Below are positions 35,332-44,863 of a stretch of DNA of 64,000 nt, one piece after another; position 1 is the first letter of the stretch, and every line of letters begins with the position of its first letter. The DNA is from Isoptericola sp. (lineage in GTDB: Bacteria > Actinomycetota > Actinomycetes > Actinomycetales > Cellulomonadaceae): contig JAPSLQ010000002.1 of NCBI GenBank assembly GCA_031180595.1, positions 1,929 through 65,928 of the forward strand, read 5' to 3'. The position numbers and the translations under genes were made by a program. Below the pieces are notes generated by a model, which made no database searches, was not told where the DNA came from, and saw only the letters and a program-made list of their open reading frames with translations.

Positions 35332-36048
35332 TCAGCGGGGGGTGGTCGCGCGGAGCTCCGGGGGCACGCCGAGCATGGCGCCCCACCGCCGCCCCACACG
35401 GGGCGGGTGACCGGCGAACGCCACGGAGAACAGGAACGCCACGACCGCGCACATGACGACGATCTCGCCCCCGTCCTCGAGCACGGTCACGTACGGGTCG
35501 AGCGCCGGACCGGTGACCGTGCCGTGCAGGAAGTCGACGACGACGCCGCACACGAACAGGCCGAGGGCAAGCCCGACGAGCACGGCTGACACGGCTCGGG
35601 CGGTGCCCCGTGAGTGCAGGTGCAGGACGAGCGTCAGACCGCCCACGATGGCGGCCGCGCCGAGCAGCCACACGAGCTCGCCCACGTGGTACACCGTCCC
35701 GATCCGCCGTCCGATGTCGGCTCCGAGGCGTTCGTGGACGGTGAACCAGTCGTCGACGAAGAGGACGCCGAAGGCGACCGCCCAGGCGGCGAGCACGCCC
35801 GAGCGCTCGCGTACCGCCAGGAGCACCAGGAGGCCTACGGCCCAGACGGTCAGGATCACGAAGTAGAGCTCTCCGAAGCCGCGCTCGAGCCCGAGGCGGA
35901 ACCCGTGGTCTCCCGGTCTGCCGACCGTGTAGTGCGCGAGGTGAGCGGCGACGAGGCCGCCGGCGATGGTGAGGAGCATGAGGAGCAGGCCGCGCGCCGG
36001 CCCCTCACGCACACCGAGCGTGCTCAGCACACGAGCAGCAGTGCTCAC
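35332..36048 (-). CDS. hypothetical integral membrane protein
   Basis: About 6 TM segments with charged motifs GFGE, DDWFTVHE and EDGGE. Confidence 0.7.
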   Translation of the reverse strand: MSTAARVLSTLGVREGPARGLLLMLLTIAGGLVAAHLAHYTVGRPGDHGFRLGLERGFGELYFVILTVWAVGLLVLLAVRERSGVLAAWAVAFGVLFVDDWFTVHERLGADIGRRIGTVYHVGELVWLLGAAAIVGGLTLVLHLHSRGTARAVSAVLVGLALGLFVCGVVVDFLHGTVTGPALDPYVTVLEDGGEIVVMCAVVAFLFSVAFAGHPPRVGRRWGAMLGVPPELRATTPR

Positions 36049-36135
36049 AGCGGTCTCGTTCCCGTTCGGTGATCGTCGGTCGACCCGACGCTACCCGCCC
36101 TCGATGAGGGGACGATGAGAACGCGCCGGGACCGC

Positions 36136-36885
36136 TCAGCCGGTGACGCGCTCCGTCTCGCGCAGCCTGGCCAGACGCGGTGCGTCGGTGCGGAGCTCCG
36201 CCATGGTGCCGTCCTCGACGAGCACCACGGACCCGTCGGCCGCCCACACCCCGAGCAGGGTGCGCAGCGCGTGCGCGGCGGGCTCCCCGCCGTCCACCAG
36301 CACCCGCGCCCCGGGCTCGACGTCGCCGCCGAGGGGGACCAGGTCCGCGAAGTCCACGGGACCGGTGCCGGGCGCCTCGAGCGCGGTCGCGCGGGGATCG
36401 GTCTCGGGCGCCCACGTCACGACGTCCCCGTAGGTCATGACCGCGGCCGCGGCGTCGATCGCGCCGGCCGGGAGCTCGCCGTCGAACCGCCGCGCGAGCG
36501 CGGGGAGCGTGACGGCGACGAGCTCGGCACCCGACCCCGCCCACGCGTCCGGCCGGTCGGTCAGGACGACGTCGGCGGGCGCCTCGGCGGGAGTCTCAGG
36601 GCCGCCCAGCACGACCGTCGCGCCGCACCGCCAGGCACCGAGAGCCCACACGGCGGTGCGCCAGTGCACGGGCAGGTCGAATTTCACCCGCACCCCCGGA
36701 GCGGCGTCGAACTCCTCGACGAGCAGGTTTACGGTCTTGCTCACCCAGTTCTGCAGCACCGCACCGGACAGCTCCACGCGTTCGCCCTGTGGCCCGTACC
36801 ACGTCAGTCGGGGTCGTCCCGGCTCTGCGACCAGGACTTTCATGAGATCGGCCACATTCTGCGCGCTTCCGGATGCAGAGTTCAC
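36136..36885 (-). CDS. TIGR03089 family protein (acyl-CoA-ligase-like fragment)
   Basis: PRLTWY...ERVELSG...NWVSKT and LPVHWR motifs; usual position divergent from whiB; TACCCT 6 nt before GTG 36885. Confidence 0.8.
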   Translation of the reverse strand: MNSASGSAQNVADLMKVLVAEPGRPRLTWYGPQGERVELSGAVLQNWVSKTVNLLVEEFDAAPGVRVKFDLPVHWRTAVWALGAWRCGATVVLGGPETPAEAPADVVLTDRPDAWAGSGAELVAVTLPALARRFDGELPAGAIDAAAAVMTYGDVVTWAPETDPRATALEAPGTGPVDFADLVPLGGDVEPGARVLVDGGEPAAHALRTLLGVWAADGSVVLVEDGTMAELRTDAPRLARLRETERVTG

Positions 36886-36979
36886 CGCTTCAGGGTATAC
36901 GCCGGAGAAGACCGATTCTTCGGGTGGGCGAAATTCTGTGAATGGCGGGTGGAGATCGCGATCTCTAGCACATTCCGGC

Positions 36980-37008
36980 TTGACGGGTTCGAAAGACACG
37001 CGTGTAAT
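36980..37008 (+). promoter_or_regulatory. whiB sigma-A-type promoter with GACAC/palindrome in the spacer
   Basis: TTGACG (36980-36985), 17-nt spacer, TGTAAT (37003-37008); GACAC at 36995-36999; palindrome ACACGCGTGT at 36996-37005. Confidence 0.65.
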
Positions 37009-37050
37009 TCCAGGTATGCAGTTTCTCTAGGACGGCATGGAGGGCACGCC

Positions 37051-37386
37051 ATGTGGAACTTGCTTGACGGGGACGCGGGGGGCTTCCCGTCGGACACCGG
37101 ACTCGAACCGGAGCGCGTCGCGGCGGTGCTGCCGCTGTTCGGGCAGCCGGTCGAGGACGACGACTCGCTTCTCGGGTGGCAGGAACGAGCCCTGTGCGCC
37201 CAGACCGACCCGGAGGCCTTCTTCCCGGAGAAGGGCGGGTCCACGCGTGAGGCCAAGAAGGTCTGCTCCTCCTGCGAGGTGCGGTCCGAGTGCTTGGACT
37301 ACGCGCTGGCCAACGACGAGCGGTTCGGGATCTGGGGCGGCCTGTCGGAGCGGGAACGGCGCAAGCTCAAGCGTCGCGCGGTGTGA
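37051..37386 (+). CDS. whiB: WhiB family Fe-S transcriptional regulator (WhiB/WhiB2/WhcD group)
   Basis: CAQTDPEAFFPEKGGSTREAKKVCSSCEVRSEC and GIWGGLSERERRKL; GGAGGG RBS. Confidence 0.95.
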   Translation: MWNLLDGDAGGFPSDTGLEPERVAAVLPLFGQPVEDDDSLLGWQERALCAQTDPEAFFPEKGGSTREAKKVCSSCEVRSECLDYALANDERFGIWGGLSERERRKLKRRAV

Positions 37387-37455
37387 TGCCGCACGACACG
37401 CGCTGACGCGAGATCCCACGCACCGGGCGGGTCCCGCCGCATCATGGCGGTCAGG

Positions 37456-40400
37456 ATGACTGCTGCCGAGACCACCCAGGTGCACCCGACACGAGCCCGG
37501 GCCGCGCGACACGACGCGGCCCTGGACGTCGTGTCGACCGTGACGGGCGCGGTCCCGGTGCAGGTCACCGTGACCGCGGTCGTCGTGACGCAGGGCCACA
37601 GCCCGTTCCTCGCCGCCACCCTCGATGCCGTCGCGGCGCAGGAGCGCGCGCCTGACGACGTCGTGGTCGTCGACGTCGACACGGCCCGCTCCACCGGGCT
37701 GCACACCGACCTCACGCTCGGCGGGGCGCGGTTCGTCGCCGCCGGCGGGGTCCGGAGCTTCGGCGCCGCCGTCGACGCCGCGCTCGCCGCCGTGGGTGCC
37801 CCCGCGGCCGGCTGGCTCTGGCTCCTCCACGACGACTCCGCCCCGGCGCCCGACGCCCTCGCACGGCTGCTGCGGGCGGTCGAGCACTCGAGCGCGGTGG
37901 CCGTCGCGGGCTGCAAGCAGCGCCGGTGGCCCGTCGACCGCGCCGGCGCTCCCCTCGAGCCCGGCTCGGGAACGGGTCTGCTCGGCGAGGTGGGCTACAC
38001 GGTCTCGCCGCTCGGGCGCCGGATGACGGGCATCGATCGCACGGAGATCGACCAGGGGCAGCACGACGCCCGGGAGGACGTGCTCGCCGTGGGTCTCGCC
38101 GGGGCGCTCGTGCGGCGCGCCGTCTGGACGGAGCTCGGCGGGACCGACCCGGAGGTCGGCGCGTTCGGGGACAGCCTCGACCTGTGCCGCCGCGCCCGGC
38201 TCGCCGGCCACCGTGTCGTCGTCGTCCCCGAGGCCGTGGTGCACCACGCGCAGGCGTCCCTCCTGGGGCTCCGTGCGCACGGCGGGCGCCTGCGCGGGCT
38301 CCGGGCGTCGGCCTACGCGCGCCGACGCGTCCAGCTCTACCAGCGGCTCGTGTTCGCACCGCTGGCGCTGGTGCCCCTCGCGATGCTCGCCATGGTGCTG
38401 TGGGCGCCGTTCGCCGCGATGTACCGGCTCGCGCTGAAGCGCCCCGGACAGGCCCGCGACGAGATCGCCGCACCGCTCGTCACCGCGTTCCGGGTCGTGC
38501 CGCTCGTGCGTGCCCGCCGCCGGACGGCCCGGACCGCGAAACAGCCGCGACGGGTGCTGCGCCCGTTGCTCGGTACGTGGCGCGAGGTCGCGGCCGAGCG
38601 CCGGGACGTCCGGCTGTCCCGCGCCGAGGCGCAGCGCAACCGCTGGGCACCGAGCGAGCTCGAGCGCGCCGAGCTGCGCCGGATCGCCCGGGCACGGCGC
38701 ACCGGGCTCGCACTCGTCACGCTCGCCGTCGTGGGGCTCGCCGTCGTGCTCTTCGGCTCCTGGCAGGGCGTTCTCGCCGCCGGTGGTCGCGTGGTCGGGG
38801 GCGCGCTCCTGCCGGCGCCCGGGACGCTCGCCGACCTCGCCGAGGCGGCGACGTCGGGGTGGGTCCGGGACGGTCTCGGCGCCGCGGCGCCCGCCGACCC
38901 CGTCCTGCTGCCGCTCACGGCGCTCACCGCGCTGACCGGCGGGTCGGTCCAGGCGGCCGTCAACGCGCTCGTCGCGACCGCGCTGCCGCTCGCGGCGCTC
39001 GGAGGCTGGTACGCGGCAGGTGCGGTGGTCCGGTCACCGTGGGCTCGGGCGGCGGGTGCGCTCGCCTGGGTCGCCGCGCCGTCGTTCCTCGCGAGCCTGG
39101 GCAGCGGCCGGCTCGGCGCCGTGGTGGCCCACCTGGCGCTGCCGTGGGTGCTCGTCGCGCTGCTGCGCGCCGTCGGCGTGCACGCGCGGGACCTGCTCGA
39201 CCTGCCCGAGGTTCGCACGGACCCCCACTCGGGCCGTCAGGTCCCCACGGCGATCGCGCTGCGGGCCGGCGAGCAGCGGCGGGGCTCGCTCGGCGCCCTC
39301 GGCGCGGCCGGCCTCCTGCTCGCCGTGGCGGTGTGCGGGGCGCCCGTCCTGCTGCCGCTCGCGGTCGTGATCCTCCTCGTGGCCGTGCTCGTCGCACCGC
39401 GCCACCGCCGGTACCTCCTCGTGGCCCCGCTGCCGGCCCTCGCGGTCGCGGCGCCCTTCTGGGCGCACGTGGTCGCCACGTGGTCCGACGGCGGGTGGCG
39501 GCTGCTCCTCGCCGAGCCGGGAGCGCCGGTCGTCCCCGCGGGCGCGCCCGACGGCCTCGAGCTGCTGTTCGGCCTCCCCGGCGACGCCGCGGGCACCGGC
39601 CTGTGGTTCGGCCGCTGGCTGGCCGACGCCGACGGTGCGGCCGGCCTGCTCGCCGCCTACGGGCCGTGGGTGCCTGGCGGGTTCGTGCTCGTGCTCGCGA
39701 CCGTGGCGCTGCTGCGGGCGAGCGGAGCCGGGGGCGTCCGCCTCGCGTGGTTCGGCGCCGCCCTCGGGCTCGCGGCGGCGATCCTGGCCGTCGCGACGAC
39801 GGTCGCGGGAGCGACCGGGGCGGACGGCGAACCGGCGCCGGTCACCGGGTGGTCGGGACCGGGGCAGTCGGTCCTCCTCCTCGGCCTCGGGGCCGCCGCG
39901 CTGCGCGCGGTCGACCGCTCGCACCGCCGGCGCGCCGCCGACGGCGGTTCCGCGGCGGGCGAGGAGCTCGAGGAGCCCGAGGAGCGGGAGGCCGGCGGGA
40001 CGGCGAGCGCCTGGCGTCCCCGGGTCGGCTCCGGCGCGTGGGCGGCGCTCGCGGTCGTGGCGCTCCTCCTGCCCGCCACGACGCTGACGTCGTGGAGCCT
40101 GCTCGCGACGTCGGGCGCCGGGGACCGCGTCGCCGACCTGCGCGCCGACGCCGAGCCCGTGGTACCCGCCGTCGGGCAGCAGGTCCAGGCGCCTCCGCGG
40201 GCCGCGACGGTGCTCCAGCTCGGGCGCGACGGCGCGGGGGTGGTCGAGTACACGCTGCTGCACGCCGACGGGTCCCGGCTCCAGGACTCCTCGACCGTGG
40301 TCCAGGCGCGCGCCGCCGGGCTCGTGCCCGCACCCGACCGGCCCGCGGCCGGACTCCTCGAGGCGGTGGTCGCGGATCTCGCGGTCGGCACGTCGCCCGA

Positions 40401-40917
40401 CCTCGTCGGCCGGCTCGCGCAGCTCGGCGTCGGTGCTGTGCAGGTCCCGGCCGGCGGGGACCCCGAGCTGGCGACGACGCTCGACCTCGTCGAGGGGCTG
40501 ACGCGCGTCACGGAGGACGGCACCCTCGTCTGGCGCGTCCAGCCCGACGGCCCGCCGTCCGGCTGGGCGAGCGTGCACCGCGCCGCACCGTCGGCGGAGG
40601 CGCCGTACGACGCGGTCGGCTCGCTCGACGCCGGCGGTGCCGAGGCGTCCGGTCGCGTCGACGCGGCGGAGGAGGGCAGGACCCTGGTGGTCGCCGCGGC
40701 GGCCGACCCGGGGTGGACCGCCACCGTCGACGGTCGGCGGGCCGAGCCCGTCGACGCCGGTGGCCTGCAGGCGTTCGCCGTCGGACCGGACGGCGGGCGG
40801 GTCGAGGTCCGGTACGACTGGGCCTATCGCGAGGTGTGGCTGTTCCCGGCCGGCGCCGTGGTGCTCGTGTTCGCGCTGCTCGCGCTCCCCGTGCGGCGCC
40901 GGGGGAGGGGCGCATGA
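37456..40917 (+). CDS. large GT2 glycosyltransferase fused to a polytopic membrane region
   Basis: N-terminal GT2 (WLWLLHDD, EIDQGQHD) followed by many TM helices and an extracellular C-terminus. Start 37444 is also possible. Confidence 0.82.
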   Translation: MTAAETTQVHPTRARAARHDAALDVVSTVTGAVPVQVTVTAVVVTQGHSPFLAATLDAVAAQERAPDDVVVVDVDTARSTGLHTDLTLGGARFVAAGGVRSFGAAVDAALAAVGAPAAGWLWLLHDDSAPAPDALARLLRAVEHSSAVAVAGCKQRRWPVDRAGAPLEPGSGTGLLGEVGYTVSPLGRRMTGIDRTEIDQGQHDAREDVLAVGLAGALVRRAVWTELGGTDPEVGAFGDSLDLCRRARLAGHRVVVVPEAVVHHAQASLLGLRAHGGRLRGLRASAYARRRVQLYQRLVFAPLALVPLAMLAMVLWAPFAAMYRLALKRPGQARDEIAAPLVTAFRVVPLVRARRRTARTAKQPRRVLRPLLGTWREVAAERRDVRLSRAEAQRNRWAPSELERAELRRIARARRTGLALVTLAVVGLAVVLFGSWQGVLAAGGRVVGGALLPAPGTLADLAEAATSGWVRDGLGAAAPADPVLLPLTALTALTGGSVQAAVNALVATALPLAALGGWYAAGAVVRSPWARAAGALAWVAAPSFLASLGSGRLGAVVAHLALPWVLVALLRAVGVHARDLLDLPEVRTDPHSGRQVPTAIALRAGEQRRGSLGALGAAGLLLAVAVCGAPVLLPLAVVILLVAVLVAPRHRRYLLVAPLPALAVAAPFWAHVVATWSDGGWRLLLAEPGAPVVPAGAPDGLELLFGLPGDAAGTGLWFGRWLADADGAAGLLAAYGPWVPGGFVLVLATVALLRASGAGGVRLAWFGAALGLAAAILAVATTVAGATGADGEPAPVTGWSGPGQSVLLLGLGAAALRAVDRSHRRRAADGGSAAGEELEEPEEREAGGTASAWRPRVGSGAWAALAVVALLLPATTLTSWSLLATSGAGDRVADLRADAEPVVPAVGQQVQAPPRAATVLQLGRDGAGVVEYTLLHADGSRLQDSSTVVQARAAGLVPAPDRPAAGLLEAVVADLAVGTSPDLVGRLAQLGVGAVQVPAGGDPELATTLDLVEGLTRVTEDGTLVWRVQPDGPPSGWASVHRAAPSAEAPYDAVGSLDAGGAEASGRVDAAEEGRTLVVAAAADPGWTATVDGRRAEPVDAGGLQAFAVGPDGGRVEVRYDWAYREVWLFPAGAVVLVFALLALPVRRRGRGA

Positions 40918-42596
40918 CGCCGCGGACCACCGTGCGCCCGCCGACGCGCACCGCCGTCCTGCGCGCGCTGCGCGTCGCCGCCGTGACGGTCACGGGCGTG
41001 CTCGCCGCGGGCGCGCTCGCGGCCGTCGCGACGCTCGGCGGCCAGTGGGCGCAGCGGTGGACGGGCGACGAGTCCCGCGCCGTGGCGGCGCAGACGCAGC
41101 CGGTCGCGGTGACACCCGCGGAGGAGACGCTCGTCTGCCCCGCACCCGTGCGGCTCCCGGAGGGGAGCGACGTCGGCGACGACCAGTTCTCCGCCGCACC
41201 CGTGGCGACCGAGTCCCGGCTCGCCGCGGCCGTGCTCGGCGCGTCGGCCCGCCCGTCCGCGACCGCGCTCGGCGGCGGCGGGCTCGCGGGCGACGCGCCG
41301 ACCGAGCTCACGGGCGCGGGCGCCGCGGTGGCGCGGACGGACGTGAGCGCCACGGCCGTGCTCCGTGCGCAGCCGACCCCGAGCGAGGCGTTCCGTGCCG
41401 CGGCCACGGTCGCCTCGGTGACGACCGACGGCGACCTGCGCGGCCTCGCCGCCGCGCGCTGCACCACCCCCGCGACCTCGCACTGGCTCGTCGGCGGCAG
41501 CACCGACGTCGGCGGGAGCGCGCTGCTGACCGTGCAGAACTCGAGCTCCAGGCCCGCCAGCGTGACTCTCGAGGTGTTCGGGCCGGCGGGCGTCGTGGCG
41601 CTCGGAGGCAAGGGCTCGTTCGCCGTCGCGCCGGGCGAGGAGGTCGTCACGCGGCTCGAGTCGGTCGCGCCCGAGCAGGGCCGGCTGGCCGTCCACGTGC
41701 GCTCGGCCGGTGCGCGCGTCACCGCGAGCCTGCAGGCGCAGGCGATCGACGGGCTGCTGCCGTCGGGCACGGAGCTCGTGGCGCCGGGCCCCGCGCCCGC
41801 GGCCGCCGTGGCCGTCACCGGCCTGACGAGCACGGGCGAGACGGTCGACGACCCGCACGCGCCCCGGCTGCGCCTGCTCGCGCCCGGCGAGGCGGGCGGG
41901 ACGGCCCGGCTGTCCCTGTACGGCCCGGGCGGTCGCGTGACGCTGCGCGGTGCGGAGGAGGTCGAGCTCGAGCCGGGCGTCGTGACGGACGTGCCGCTGG
42001 GCGGCCTGCCCGAGGGCGCGTACACCGTGGTCGCGGAGGCCGACGTCCCCGTCGTCGCCGCGGGCGCCGCCGAGGCTGCGGGCGCCCTCCCCGAGGACTC
42101 GGTGCTCTCCGGCACCCCCTACGACGTCTCCTGGTCGGCGGGGCAGCCGCTCGTCGAGGCGACGACCGGACCGGACGGCGCCGTCGTCGCACCCGGCGAG
42201 GCGCTCGGGCAGCTCGCGCTGCCGGCCGGCGTGCGGGCCTCGCTCGTCCTGCAGGCCGTCCCGCTCGAGCGCGACCCCGACGTCGAACCCTCGGGCGCCA
42301 CGACGGTGACGGTCCGCGCCTACGGCCCCGACGGTGCCGACCTGGGCGCCACGGAGGCCGAGCTCACCGCCGGGACGTCGCGGACGGTGCCGGTCGCCGA
42401 CCTCGCCGAGGGGGAGGTCGCCGCGCTCGCGCTCGACCGCACGGGCGGAGACCCGCTGGCCGTCGTCTGGGCGGTGACGCTCGAGGCTGACGACGGCACG
42501 GACACGCGCGGCACGCTGCGGTCCGTCGTCGTCCCGAGCCCGGCACGGTCCACGCCGGGGGACGTGGCGGTCCGGGCGGTCGGCGCCGGGCGGTGA
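40914..42596 (+). CDS. DUF5719-like membrane-anchored secreted protein
   Basis: N-terminal TM, LVCP and GDLRGLAAARC...WLVGGST motifs; ATGA coupling; usual position after the large GT2. Confidence 0.75.
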   Translation: MTPRTTVRPPTRTAVLRALRVAAVTVTGVLAAGALAAVATLGGQWAQRWTGDESRAVAAQTQPVAVTPAEETLVCPAPVRLPEGSDVGDDQFSAAPVATESRLAAAVLGASARPSATALGGGGLAGDAPTELTGAGAAVARTDVSATAVLRAQPTPSEAFRAAATVASVTTDGDLRGLAAARCTTPATSHWLVGGSTDVGGSALLTVQNSSSRPASVTLEVFGPAGVVALGGKGSFAVAPGEEVVTRLESVAPEQGRLAVHVRSAGARVTASLQAQAIDGLLPSGTELVAPGPAPAAAVAVTGLTSTGETVDDPHAPRLRLLAPGEAGGTARLSLYGPGGRVTLRGAEEVELEPGVVTDVPLGGLPEGAYTVVAEADVPVVAAGAAEAAGALPEDSVLSGTPYDVSWSAGQPLVEATTGPDGAVVAPGEALGQLALPAGVRASLVLQAVPLERDPDVEPSGATTVTVRAYGPDGADLGATEAELTAGTSRTVPVADLAEGEVAALALDRTGGDPLAVVWAVTLEADDGTDTRGTLRSVVVPSPARSTPGDVAVRAVGAGR

Positions 42597-42600
42597 GGCG

Positions 42601-43149
42601 TCAGTCGCCCCCGTAGTCGGGGTCGATCTCCTCCGGCGCGCGCGCCAGCAGCGCCGCGACCTGCTCGACGACGACGTCGCGCACCAGGTCGGCCAGGTCG
42701 TCGGGGTCCGCCGCACGCGCCTCCACCGGGCGCCGGTAGACCACGACGCGCGCGGGCTGGCCGGACTCCGCCGGGAAGCACCGACCGAGCGGCACCCCGC
42801 CCGACTCCCACGGGGCCGGGTCGGACGGAGGCACGTCCTCGACGGCGAACTCGGTGCGCGCCAGCTGTGCCGACCACCGGCGCTGGAGGGCGTCGACGGT
42901 GTCGAGCACGACGTCGTCGAACCGCTCGGCCCGCGTGCGGTGCGCCGGCATGCCGGGGGGGAACAGCGGTCCGCGCAGGCCCCGCCCCCGGCGGTCCCGC
43001 CGCCGGAGCGGGACGGCGCCGTCGGGCTGCTGCAGCACCGGCTCGAACGGGCCCGAGGGGACCGGTCCTGCCGAGAGGGACCGCCGTGCCCGGGGGTGCG
43101 GGCGCCGGCCGGAGCCGGGACCCGGGTCGCGCGAGCCGAAGAGTGCCAC
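42601..43149 (-). CDS. zincin-like 'metallopeptidase family' protein
   Basis: RRRDRRGRGLRGPL, EFAVEDVP, VVYRRPVE and EIDP motifs; TACCCT 6 nt before the GTG. Confidence 0.78.
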   Translation of the reverse strand: MALFGSRDPGPGSGRRPHPRARRSLSAGPVPSGPFEPVLQQPDGAVPLRRRDRRGRGLRGPLFPPGMPAHRTRAERFDDVVLDTVDALQRRWSAQLARTEFAVEDVPPSDPAPWESGGVPLGRCFPAESGQPARVVVYRRPVEARAADPDDLADLVRDVVVEQVAALLARAPEEIDPDYGGD

Positions 43150-43241
43150 GGTCCGAGGGTAACCACGCGCACCAGGTCACGGCCCGGTCACGATCGGCGC
43201 GCCTTCGCGGGGCGCGGGTCGCGGGGCGTACGCTTCGGCGC

Positions 43242-43598
43242 GTGAGATCGGTCAGGCAGTGCTCCCGCACGGCATGCACGCGTGCCGCCGTGGCGACGCT
43301 CACGTACGTCTACGCGGACTCGACCGCGGTGCTGGGTCCCCTGGCGCAACGGGCCGAGCCGCACAGCTACGACCTGTGCGCGGACCACGCCGAGCGCCTG
43401 ACCGCACCGCGCGGGTGGGAGGTCGTCCGCCTCACGCCGGCGTTCGAGGACTCCGGACCGACGCCGGACGACCTGTCGGCGCTCGCCGAGGCCGTCCGCG
43501 AGGCGGGCCGGGCCCGTCAGGCCGTGACGCCCGAGCCGCCGTCGGTCACCGAGACGGCGCGGCGCGGCCACCTGCGGGTGCTGCGCGAGGCCGAGTAA
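43242..43598 (+). CDS. DUF3499 family protein
   Basis: CSRTAC, ATLTYVYADSTAVLGPL, YDLC, PRGWEVVR and RGHLRVL. Confidence 0.87.
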   Translation: MRSVRQCSRTACTRAAVATLTYVYADSTAVLGPLAQRAEPHSYDLCADHAERLTAPRGWEVVRLTPAFEDSGPTPDDLSALAEAVREAGRARQAVTPEPPSVTETARRGHLRVLREAE

Positions 43599-43601
43599 CG
43601 C

Positions 43602-44825
43602 CTACGGCACCCACGCGCACACCACGTGGCCGGGGCCTGACACCTCGAGACCTCCGGCGGCGTGCGGGACGAAGCAGGACTCGCCCCGTGCGAGCGGTCG
43701 CTCGGTGCCGTCACCGGCGCGGAGCGTCGGCGCCCCCTCGAGGCACAGCACGATCCTCGGGCCCTGCGCGGGAAGCCCGGCCGTCTCACCGGCGGACAGG
43801 TCGGCGACCGTGAGCGCGAACTCGCGCACGGGGGCGCGGTACGTCGTCACGTGACCTGGGCCGTCGGCCACCTGCACGACCGGTGCCGTCGGCGGCCTGG
43901 GCTGGAACGAGGCGCACTCGAGCAACGCCTCGGCGTCGACGAGCTTGCGCGTGAGCCCGGCGCGCAGCACGTTGTCCGAGCTCGCCATGATCTCGACCCC
44001 CAGGCCGCGCACGTACGCGTGGATCTCGCCCGGAGGCAGGAACAGGGCCTGGCCCGGCTCGAGCGTGACGCGGTTGAGCAGGAGCGAGGCGACGGCGCCC
44101 GGGTCGCCCGGGTGCTGCTCGGCCAGGCGCAGCACGGTGGCGTCCGCGCGCTCGGTCGGCGAGCCGGCCTCGAGCCGGGCGCGCACCGACGCGACCGCCG
44201 CATCGACGTCCTCCTTGCACGCCGGGCGGCCGCGCGCCGCGACGAGGCGCGAGAACGCGTCCCGGACACCCGCCGTCGAGCGGTCCGCCTGCAGCGCCTC
44301 ACGCACGGCGTCGACGAGTCGTCCCTCGAGGCCCGCCAGGAGCGACAGCACGGTCCGCGGCGGGCGCAGCCCGGCGAGGGCGTCGAACTCGGTGAGCGCG
44401 ACGATCATCTCCGGCTTGTGCTGGTCGTCCTGGAACGAGCGCTCGGGCGAGCCCGGCCGCAGGCCGAGCAGGTTCTCCCGGTTGAACCCGGCGCGCGCGG
44501 CGTGCGGTCGCGGGTGGACCTGCAGCGACAGCGCGCGGTCGGCCGCGAGGACCTTGAGCAGGTAGGGCAGGCGCGGGCCGAACTCGTCGGCGACGCGGGG
44601 CCCGAGCATGCGGTCGGGCTCGCGCCGCACGAGGTCGAGCAGCGAGCCCGGTGTCCCCGCCGGGCCGGCCGGGACGACCCGCGACGGGGCGCTCGGGTGC
44701 GCGCCGAGCCACAGCTCGGCCGCGGGGCGGCCGTCCGGCACCGAGCCGAGCAGCTCGTGGATCCGCGTGACCGAGCCCCAGTCGTAGTGCTGGACCGTGT
44801 TCGCCAGCGGGTAGAGCTCCGCCAC
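43602..44825 (-). CDS. manA: mannose-6-phosphate isomerase, class I
   Basis: QHYDWGS, AELWLGAHP, LSLQVHP, HKPE, HAY and SDNVLRAGLT. Start 44825 (AAGGCT 6 nt upstream) or 44831. Confidence 0.93.
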   Translation of the reverse strand: MAELYPLANTVQHYDWGSVTRIHELLGSVPDGRPAAELWLGAHPSAPSRVVPAGPAGTPGSLLDLVRREPDRMLGPRVADEFGPRLPYLLKVLAADRALSLQVHPRPHAARAGFNRENLLGLRPGSPERSFQDDQHKPEMIVALTEFDALAGLRPPRTVLSLLAGLEGRLVDAVREALQADRSTAGVRDAFSRLVAARGRPACKEDVDAAVASVRARLEAGSPTERADATVLRLAEQHPGDPGAVASLLLNRVTLEPGQALFLPPGEIHAYVRGLGVEIMASSDNVLRAGLTRKLVDAEALLECASFQPRPPTAPVVQVADGPGHVTTYRAPVREFALTVADLSAGETAGLPAQGPRIVLCLEGAPTLRAGDGTERPLARGESCFVPHAAGGLEVSGPGHVVCAWVP

Positions 44826-44863
44826 GGCCACAGCCTTTCACACGGGACGCGTACCCTGTCGAC

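Noticed and set aside
37926-40913. N-terminal extension making a 1556-aa ORF
   Set aside because: Arg/Gly/Ala-rich alternative frame overlapping the GT2 gene; the real start is the coupled ATG at 40914.
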